Position numbers and translations under genes: made by a program. A stretch of 61,481 nucleotides of DNA, counting the filler. It is 5 parts of 5 records of this genome, joined end to end, with 100 filler letters (N's around TTAATTAATTAA, not from the genome) between each part and the next. Parts side by side here need not be neighbours in the genome. Positions count along the whole stretch, not along the records: positions 48,047 to 53,633 come from SRR31156797_11508; positions 53,734 to 61,481 come from SRR31156797_11522; 3 more parts are not named here. The stretch is one strand, 5' to 3'. This document shows, in pieces, positions 48,232 through 56,402 of this stretch. How positions within the stretch are numbered: the first letter of the stretch is position 1; each line of letters begins with the position of its first letter. The notes below the pieces were generated by a model. The model ran no database searches, was not told the DNA's origin, and saw only the letters and a program-made list of their open reading frames with translations.

Positions 48232-51200
48232 GTGATGATGACTGAGCCAAAGCTAATTGTGTACCAAAAATTGATCCGGGATAAAATTCCTCAACTTATT
48301 AAAGCTAAAGGTAAAGAAGCACACGTTAGGAAAATACGGGGCCGGGAGCTTAAGGATGCGGTGGGACGCAAAATTCTTGAAGAAACCTTTGAACTTCTTG
48401 ATGAATGGCAGAAAGAAAATCGAGACGATATTTTAAAGGAATCTGCTGATCTACTTGAAATTGTTCTTAAGGCCTTATCCGTACATGGCTTTACATTGGA
48501 TGATCTGCTGCAACGGCGGCAGGAAAGAGCAGCAGGCCGGGGGGCTTTTGAAAAACAATTCTTTCTGGATCAGGTCGGCGGCAGTGAGTTGATTGAGAGC
48601 CAAACCTCTAACCAACCGGCAATGGTATTCAACCCAACTCAACAGAAAGAATTGTTCTGGATTATCAGAAGTGAACTGAAACTGAGCCGCTGTGTCCGGA
48701 TTGCCTCCGCCTTTTATTCGCCGGGAGCCACAAACCTGATTATGGCGGAGCTGACCCACTTCATTGAAGCGGGCGGTGATTTAAAAGTGATTCTTTCCAC
48801 CATGGGAAATATAATCAAACCGCTGTATTTTTCCCATTTTAAAGATAACCTGCCTGGAGCAGACCTGCGGGTGTTTCATCCGCCCCATATCCCTTTAGAA
48901 CAATCTCCGCCCGGCTTCCATGTTAAGACCTGGCTTTTTGAGCATCATGACGGTCAGGGCGCTTTTATTATAGGTTCATCCAATCTGACCCGGAAAGGGC
49001 TGACGCAGAATATCGAGTGGAACTATTATTCCGCAGGAGAGGTGAACCTGACCTTTGATGGAAAGGACTCTCCCCTTTCATCCTCAGTCAATGAATTTGA
49101 ACGGGTATGGAAAAATGAGACCACGCAAGTCACCGACGATTTTCTGAAAGCCTATGATCGGAGACGCAAATTATCTGAAACAAAGCCAGACGCTTCCGGC
49201 AATGTGGAATTCGCTGTGTTTGAAGATGTCGCCAGCTATAACCCGCTTCCGGAATCTGTCTGGCCGTTACCTGCTATATCTCCAAACAGCGCTCAGCAGG
49301 AGGCTCTGATAAATCTTACAGAGTTCAGGGGCCAGGGCGTAAGCAAGGCCGCTGTAATTGCGGCCACAGGCGTTGGTAAAACCTGCATGGCTGCCTTTGA
49401 TTTCAAGAATAGCGGATGCCGCACCATGCTTTACGTTGCCCATCGGGAGGATATTTTGATCAAATCCCGGGAGACATTTTGCAGGGTGCTGGAAACCCAG
49501 TCTTTCGGCGATATCCTTGGCCGTGGCCGGATGGTATCTGAAGACCGTGAGGGCGTCTTTGCCATGATCCAGACCTTGAGCCGGAATAATCACCTTGAAT
49601 CTTTTCTGCCCGGGGATTTTGACTACATTGTCATTGACGAGTTCCATCATGCCGCTTCGGACAGCTATCGGCGGATACTGGACTATTTCCGCCCCAGGTT
49701 TCTGTTGGGGCTGACCGCAACGCCGGAACGGATGGACGGTCGAAACGCGCTGGCCTACTGCGATTATAATATTGCCTATGAAGTTCGGTTGCTGGATGCC
49801 GTTGATCGGGGATATTTGGTGCCGTTCCAGTATTATGCCATTTATGATGAAATCGATTACAGTCAACTGACTTGGCGGGGCAACCGGTATGATGGAAAGG
49901 AATTGGAGCGGGCCCTTGAAAACGATACCCGTACCCGGATAATTGTCCGGAATCTGAAACGGTATCTGCCGTCTTCAGGGAAAATCAAGGCGCTTGCATT
50001 CTGTTCATCGGTGAGCCACGCCCGGTATACCGCAGACCGCATGACTCGGGATTATAACCTTCCGGCCATTGCCCTGTGGGGAGACTCCGGAGACGGAAGC
50101 CGTCATGAGGCCGTTGAAAGGCTTCAGAATGAATCCGATCCCCTGAATGTAATCTGCACTGTAGATATTTTCAATGAGGGCACCGATATACCGGCCTTAA
50201 GCCACGTCCTGCTGCTACGTCCCACCCAGTCGTTCACAGTGTTCCTCCAGCAGATGGGCCGGGGTCTAAGAAAAGCGGATGGTAAGGATTTTCTTGTGGT
50301 TCTGGATTTTGTTGGCAATTTTAAAAAGGCCCATGTGGCCCCGCTGGCCTTGTCCGGCCATACCTCGTTGGATCAGTTTACCGCATCTTTTGGTAGCTCA
50401 CCGAAAGAAAAATTGGAAACCTGTTTGCCCAAAGGGTGTTTTTTAAGCTCGGATACCCGGGTTCGGCGGATCTGGGACGCTGAAATTAAAAAAATTGTAA
50501 GCAAGGGCATAACCGTAGCCGAACGTCTGAAAATAGCGTACCAAGAAATCAAGGAGAACCTGGGTAAAGATACGCCATTAAACCTTATGGACATGATGGA
50601 CAATGCCCTGGATATAGATCCTTGCCTGTTCCTGAAGCCCAAACCCTTCGGGGCCTGGCTCAGGGCAAAAGATTACTGTGAAGACGGTAATATTCCGGCT
50701 CGGGAAAAATCATATATGGGTACCCCAGGAGAATATCTGCTTAGGCATATTGAAGCAGGGCTCAAACCCACCAAATCTTATAAAATGGTGGTACTCCTTT
50801 CCCTGCTCCAACTTGGTGGTACATCCTGGGCGGTGGATGATATTGCGGAAAAATTTCTCTTCCATTACCTGGACCATCCGGATCAGATGTCTGACTGGGA
50901 TGCTCTGGCAAGGCATTCAATACCGGCAGATTTTCCCTTGTCTATAGTGAGGACTCATTTAAAAAATATGCCCCTGGAAAAGATGAGCAATGCAAACACG
51001 GACTGTTTTGTGTTGGTCAAAAAAAACAATCAATTCAGTTTGAAACCGGAATACGCAAAATTTTGGAACGATCCTTTTTTCATACACCTTGTTAAAGACA
51101 GGGTCGATTTTGTCCTATCCAGATATTTCAAACGGGAACGACTCAATCAGCTTCTGAAAATTGATCCGGCGGGATTTACCAGCGGTGTTATCCTGAATAG

Positions 51201-51462
51201 CAAGTTTGCTGAAACCTTCCTTCAGAACATGCCCCTATACCCGGGTAAAAAACGGAGCGTAACGTTCATGATAGGAGAGACATCCCTCAATGCATCGCTG
51301 GTACGGCGCAAACCGGAAGGTGATTATTATTTATTTTGTTCAGGGAAAAGCAGTCTGCATGAACAGATTTGGGCTCACTTGGCAGTATCTCAGGACAAGG
51401 AAAAAGCAACCTGCTGTTTGACAGCAGATAAAACCAGATTGAGAATAAAAATGATCAAATAA
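48232..51462 (+). CDS. MazG/HisE-like NTP pyrophosphohydrolase + PLD nuclease + SF2 helicase fusion (SauUSI-like core)
   Basis: YQKLIRDKIP...EETFE...ESADLLE...RGAFEK; FHVK...GSSNLT...NIEWN; ATGVGKT, DEFHH, GLTATPER, FNEGTDIP, QQMGRGLR; true start may be ATG 48238. Confidence 0.88.
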   Translation: MMMTEPKLIVYQKLIRDKIPQLIKAKGKEAHVRKIRGRELKDAVGRKILEETFELLDEWQKENRDDILKESADLLEIVLKALSVHGFTLDDLLQRRQERAAGRGAFEKQFFLDQVGGSELIESQTSNQPAMVFNPTQQKELFWIIRSELKLSRCVRIASAFYSPGATNLIMAELTHFIEAGGDLKVILSTMGNIIKPLYFSHFKDNLPGADLRVFHPPHIPLEQSPPGFHVKTWLFEHHDGQGAFIIGSSNLTRKGLTQNIEWNYYSAGEVNLTFDGKDSPLSSSVNEFERVWKNETTQVTDDFLKAYDRRRKLSETKPDASGNVEFAVFEDVASYNPLPESVWPLPAISPNSAQQEALINLTEFRGQGVSKAAVIAATGVGKTCMAAFDFKNSGCRTMLYVAHREDILIKSRETFCRVLETQSFGDILGRGRMVSEDREGVFAMIQTLSRNNHLESFLPGDFDYIVIDEFHHAASDSYRRILDYFRPRFLLGLTATPERMDGRNALAYCDYNIAYEVRLLDAVDRGYLVPFQYYAIYDEIDYSQLTWRGNRYDGKELERALENDTRTRIIVRNLKRYLPSSGKIKALAFCSSVSHARYTADRMTRDYNLPAIALWGDSGDGSRHEAVERLQNESDPLNVICTVDIFNEGTDIPALSHVLLLRPTQSFTVFLQQMGRGLRKADGKDFLVVLDFVGNFKKAHVAPLALSGHTSLDQFTASFGSSPKEKLETCLPKGCFLSSDTRVRRIWDAEIKKIVSKGITVAERLKIAYQEIKENLGKDTPLNLMDMMDNALDIDPCLFLKPKPFGAWLRAKDYCEDGNIPAREKSYMGTPGEYLLRHIEAGLKPTKSYKMVVLLSLLQLGGTSWAVDDIAEKFLFHYLDHPDQMSDWDALARHSIPADFPLSIVRTHLKNMPLEKMSNANTDCFVLVKKNNQFSLKPEYAKFWNDPFFIHLVKDRVDFVLSRYFKRERLNQLLKIDPAGFTSGVILNSKFAETFLQNMPLYPGKKRSVTFMIGETSLNASLVRRKPEGDYYLFCSGKSSLHEQIWAHLAVSQDKEKATCCLTADKTRLRIKMIK

Positions 51463-51560
51463 AGGTTCAACCTGTATTCCGTACCAGATAAAAATTTAGC
51501 GCTCTTCGGGTGGGCTTGACAGATTCTTGATAGATGGTGTTGTGGACAAATTAAAACTCT

Positions 51561-52730
51561 ATGTTTGGATTTGTCCGTAATATGTTTGATAGAAAAATTG
51601 AAACTGAATTAAAAATAACTGCCGGGGAATATCCGGTTATTAACATTATCGGGCCTCGACAGTCTGGAAAAACCACCCTGGCTAGAAATTTTTTCCGGAA
51701 TCATACCTATGTAAATCTTGAAAATCCTGAACTTCGCAGCCTTGCAGCAGATGATCCCAAAACATTTATGCTGCGCTACCCTGCACCTGCAATATTTGAC
51801 GAGATACAAAATATCCCTGAATTATTATCATGGATTCAGGTGTCTGTTGATGAAACGCCTGAACTGACCGGGGGATATATTCTGACCGGCAGTCATCAGC
51901 TGCAATTAAGAGAGGCAATTACACAATCCCTGGCAGGAAGGACAGCGTTACTGACGCTTTTTCCTTTTGCCCTGAATGAATTTGAAAAAGCTGATATTCA
52001 ACTTGAAAGGGAGGTCTTGATTCATAAAGGATTTATGCCAAGGCTTCATGATAAGAATATAAGACCTGGACGCTTTTACATGGATTATTTCCAAACTTAT
52101 GTTGAAAGAGACGTTCGGAAACTGATGGCCATTGAAAACAGCCAAGTATTTGAGCTTTTCCTTAGACTTTTGGCCGGTCGGGTTGGCAGTGAGATCAACT
52201 ACAGCGCACTATCCGGACAGGTTGGTATCAGCGCGCCGCAGATAAAAAAATGGATTAGCCTTTTGGAAGCCTCTTTCATTATTTTCAAAGTTCCCCCGTT
52301 TTTTAATAATTTCGGTAAACGCCTTACTAAATCGTCAAAAATTTATTTTGTTGAGGTAGGACTTGCCTGTTATCTTTTGGGGATAGAAACCCCGGAGCAA
52401 CTGGAACGGGATATGGCCTTTGGCGGGCTCTTTGAGAATATGGTGATTGCTGAAGCTTATAAATCAAGGATAAACAAAGGTCTGGAACCGCGCCTTTATT
52501 TTTATCGCGACCGGCATCAACATGAGATTGATCTTCTCTACCCTTCCGGCTCATCCTTTACCCCGATTGAAATAAAATCATCACGAACCTATAGAGATGA
52601 ATTTTTAAAGGGCATCCGTTATTTTCAAAAAATTTCCGGGTCCAACCAGCCTGGAATACTGATTTATGATGGCGACATTGAAATGGACAAAGAAGAAGCC
52701 TTGATCAGAAATTTTCGACGAGTCTGGTGA
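51561..52730 (+). CDS. AAA_14 ATPase with DUF4143 domain
   Basis: GPRQSGKT, FDEIQ, LTGS, SLAGR, TYVERD, KIYF, FEN, YFYRD...EID, IEIKS; start may be ATG 51582. Confidence 0.92.
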   Translation: MFGFVRNMFDRKIETELKITAGEYPVINIIGPRQSGKTTLARNFFRNHTYVNLENPELRSLAADDPKTFMLRYPAPAIFDEIQNIPELLSWIQVSVDETPELTGGYILTGSHQLQLREAITQSLAGRTALLTLFPFALNEFEKADIQLEREVLIHKGFMPRLHDKNIRPGRFYMDYFQTYVERDVRKLMAIENSQVFELFLRLLAGRVGSEINYSALSGQVGISAPQIKKWISLLEASFIIFKVPPFFNNFGKRLTKSSKIYFVEVGLACYLLGIETPEQLERDMAFGGLFENMVIAEAYKSRINKGLEPRLYFYRDRHQHEIDLLYPSGSSFTPIEIKSSRTYRDEFLKGIRYFQKISGSNQPGILIYDGDIEMDKEEALIRNFRRVW

Positions 52731-52791
52731 TAGGGCCGATAGTGAAGGAGACCTCCATACTACTTATGGCAGTCTTGCCCTGTTTGAAAGT

Positions 52792-53633
52792 TTATGATTC
52801 TGTAATTTTAAAATCCTGCAGTTGAATCCCATGGTCATTAAGTAATTCTGATAGTTCGTCTGAAGGTAAACCGAAGTCGCTTAAATCAAGCCAATCAAAG
52901 GAAGATAGTTTTTCATCAAATCTGAACTGGTCATCGCAATGCGGGTAGCCGTCCCCGATATACGTTCTTAAAATTGGCGACAGCTGATTGATATAATCAA
53001 TGTGTATAGTCCAGGAATGATTACCGTCCATTTTGCGTTTGTTAAGCATTTCATAAGCTTTTTGGCATTCGGATTTAATTGTTTTAGTGTTCCCTACAGA
53101 AAACAGAAGGTCGGTTGCCTCCTGGATAGCGTCTGTGTATTTGTTGAAAAAATACTTGATATCTTTTTGTAGAACTTTTGGCATGGCGTTATAGGGTTTG
53201 AGTCGGCTAAAATGACTTAAGGCAAAATGGACAAGCAGGTCATTTCGTCTGTTAGATTCGGCAGCCTCAAAATTTGATTTGCCATGGATGTCAGTCAGCA
53301 GTGTCAAGGCTTTTTGATGAGGTCCGCAGACCGCTCTGAGTTGTTCAGATTTTTGATATTCTGAATTCAGGAGCAGTCGACCGAATTCGAGGCAGTTCTC
53401 CCAAAAATCGTCCAAAAGATCCTTATGCCGCGCATAAAAGGCTTTCAGTTTGATCTTCAAGCGGTCCGGAGGATCAGTATATGATATTTTTTTCCAGTTT
53501 TTTCTTCGACGCTGCCTGCCAATCAAAAACTGTTGTTCTTCGATTTTATCTCGAAAAATGTAGAAAAGGCCGGGGCCAACAGCGATTGCAGATTCCCCTA
53601 ATGAATTTTCTATGTAGTCGCGGAATTCATTTT
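52792..53633 (-). CDS. C-terminal part of a DNA phosphorothioation-associated putative methyltransferase-like protein (5'-truncated, possible internal deletion)
   Basis: Frame is open to the contig edge (NEFRDYIENSLGESAIAVGPGLFYIFRDKIEEQQFL...); RRNDLLVHFAL, LQKDIKYFF, LLFSVG and LRTYIG match my recollection of the TIGR04096 family. Confidence 0.65.
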
Positions 53634-53733
53634 NNNNNNNNNNNNNNNNNNNNNNNNNNNNNNNNNNNNNNNNNNNNTTAATTAATTAANNNNNNNNNNN
53701 NNNNNNNNNNNNNNNNNNNNNNNNNNNNNNNNN
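53634..53733. other. Artificial contig linker
   Basis: N44-TTAATTAATTAA-N44. Confidence 0.99.
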
Positions 53734-54771
53734 CAGAGCGGCAATGGGAATCTGTTCAATATATTGAGATGTGAATAGGATAAAGAACAGCAACGCCCCG
53801 GCCGCGACAATACCGGACAGACGCCCTCGCCCGCCCGAGGTGATATTGATGATGCTCTGCCCGATCATGGCACAACCTCCCATCCCTCCGAACATTCCAT
53901 TGACGAAGTTGGCGACTCCCTGCGCCATGCACTCCCGGTTGCCGGACCCGCGAGTCTCAGTCAACTCATCGATAAGAGACAGAGTCATCAGTGACTCGAT
54001 CAGCCCGATAGCCGCCAAAATGAGCGCATAGGGCACAACGAACACAAAGGTTTCCCATGTGAAGGGCACGGTCGGTATGGCGAATGTCGGCAGTCCGGCC
54101 TTGATGCCGGAACCGCCATTGGCTTGGATAAAAGAAAGCACGGTCTGGGTGTCGATATGGTTAAAGATTACCAACAGCGAGACTGAAATAATGGCGATGA
54201 GCGCACCGGGGGCCTTCTTGTAAACTTTGGGAACGGCATACAAAATTGCCATGGTCAAAGCCACGAGGCCAGCCATGATCCACAGAGGCTCACCCTGCAA
54301 CCACTCGCCACCGGTTTGAAACATCTTCAACTGAGACAAAAAGATAACGATGGCCAGTCCGTTGACAAAACCCATCATGACGGATCGCGGCACCATGCGA
54401 ATAAATTTGCCGAGACGAAAGACACCCGCGAGAATCTGAAATATCCCGACAAGCAGCAACGTGAAGAAAAGATACTGAAGGCCGGCATGTGAACCGGCTC
54501 CGCCAAGGGTGTTGCCTTCAAGCACAAGATTGACCATGACAACGGCCATAGCGCCTGTAGCACCGGAAATCATGCCCGGACGTCCACCGAGCACGGCGGT
54601 AATCAAACACATCATGAATGCGCCATACAGACCGACCATGGGTGACACGCCTGCGACAAACGAAAAAGCAACGGCTTCGGGGACAAGGGCCAGAGCTACG
54701 GTCAGCCCGGAAAAAATATCGGCTTGGGCACTGCCTTCCGATTTTGCGACAAAAGAGTGGCTTGTTTCCAC
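53734..54771 (-). CDS. SulP family anion transporter (3'-truncated)
   Basis: [46 protein letters not shown] 54771 after GAGGA RBS. Confidence 0.93.
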
Positions 54772-55185
54772 AAAAAATCCTCTGGAATACTCGAATGATA
54801 TTGATGTTACGAACAAAGGCAACAGCAATGGAAAAGCACCGGGAAATTCCCAGATGCAAACATAGTTGGCGAGCCGGGTAAGGCTGTCAGCTGAAATGGA
54901 AGCGATACATTATGAAGAACAAGACGAAGGACTGAAAACAGGAACGTCGAACTGGCGCCCATAAATATGCGAACTCTCAAGCGGCGTGCTCTATGACCAA
55001 TATATTGGGGGGAGTCAACTGATAAGTCTGTTGAGGGATGTGATAATCCCAAAAACCAACAGTTTTTTCTAGCCTTCACCTTTAATCAAAAAAACCACGA
55101 TCTCGGTTGACAACTTCATGTATAGAATGTGTAGATTTAGTTACTACGCATTAGATATTTAACTCATTATTCGGATTGACAAAAC

Positions 55186-55953
55186 ATGACGCAAAAAACA
55201 CAACATTGTTACATGTGCAAAGCTGTGGCTACTTCAAAAGAGCATGTGCCACCACAATGCCTCTTTCCTAAAGCAAATGAAGGAAACGGAAAAAACTATC
55301 GTCAGGATTTAATTACAGTGCCGTCGTGCGATAAACATAATTCAAAAAGATCTTGCGACGACCAATTTCTAATGCTCAGTTTGATAGGGTTATTTGGTAA
55401 CAATGATATCGCTGCCGAATTAGAAAAAGGACGAGTATCACGGACGCTTGACAGAAAACCTCACATAATCGAATCAATTTTTCTTGATCGCCAAAAAATC
55501 TACTTAAAAAACGACAACGCTCCTTTAAAATTGATTATAGGAAAACCAGACTACATCAGATTGCAATCGTGTTTTGAGAAAATTTTTTATGGGCTCTACA
55601 GACACCATTTCAATCGCAATTTTACTGGAACGATAAAAATTTTCTGTGATTTTCTACAGTACACAAATGAAAATTCTATTATAAGCCAGAAAATAATAAA
55701 AAAGCTTGATCAACAGGACTTTTCTGATGTTCCAGTATTCGGAAGTAATCCTCAAATATTCTATTATAAATTCACCAAGCCAGATATTAACAACATAGTC
55801 GCATGCAAAATTGTACTATACAATAACGCCTGCGTTTATGGAGCCTTTGCTAATACTGAGCCCAATGATTTAGTATCGTTGCTTATTAAAAACGGCATGG
55901 AAATTAATTTCGATTTTGAGTCTGAAATCCTCACCTTAAATAAGTACAAATAA
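55186..55953 (+). CDS. Putative HNH-like endonuclease/zinc-binding protein, AT-rich
   Basis: N-terminal CYMC...EHVPP...VPSCDKHN pattern; visibly much lower GC than the flanking genes. Confidence 0.65.
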   Translation: MTQKTQHCYMCKAVATSKEHVPPQCLFPKANEGNGKNYRQDLITVPSCDKHNSKRSCDDQFLMLSLIGLFGNNDIAAELEKGRVSRTLDRKPHIIESIFLDRQKIYLKNDNAPLKLIIGKPDYIRLQSCFEKIFYGLYRHHFNRNFTGTIKIFCDFLQYTNENSIISQKIIKKLDQQDFSDVPVFGSNPQIFYYKFTKPDINNIVACKIVLYNNACVYGAFANTEPNDLVSLLIKNGMEINFDFESEILTLNKYK

Positions 55954-56062
55954 AATATTAACCATAAGCAACCAAATTTAAAACACTATTTCACCATAGT
56001 CCCTATCAAGAAGACCTTCAGTCTTGCACTCAATCCGACCTTCAGATAGGTTCTCCAAATCA

Positions 56063-56220
56063 CGATGTCCTTCAGGTGGCCGGTAGGCCATAACAGGGAA
56101 TCCGGTGTAAAGCCGGAGCGGTCCCGCCGCTGTAATCCTCTTGTATTTTGTTCCATCAAGCCACTGCTTTAGCGGGAAGGCGGAACGAACGGGGAGAGCC
56201 AGAAGACCTACCTGAAGCGT
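56063..56220 (+). ncRNA. Cobalamin riboswitch
   Basis: AGGT...AACAGGGAATCCGGTGTAAAGCCGGAGCGGTCCCGCCGCTGTAA...GCCACTG...GGGAAGG...B12 box GAGCCAGAAGACCTACC; closing CTTCAGGT/ACCTGAAG. Confidence 0.95.
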
Positions 56221-56402
56221 TTCTGTCGGTGACGGTCCGCGGAGCCCGTTTACAGACAAGAAAGTTCATACCAGACAACATAGTTGCCTGATTTTCAGCG
56301 GTCCTGCCGCGTCAATCACAACGGCAACGGGGCAAACAACGCGACGCCGACAATCCTCGGTGTCGATCTCATCCGCATCCCACTGTTTGCCACAGGAAAT
56401 TT

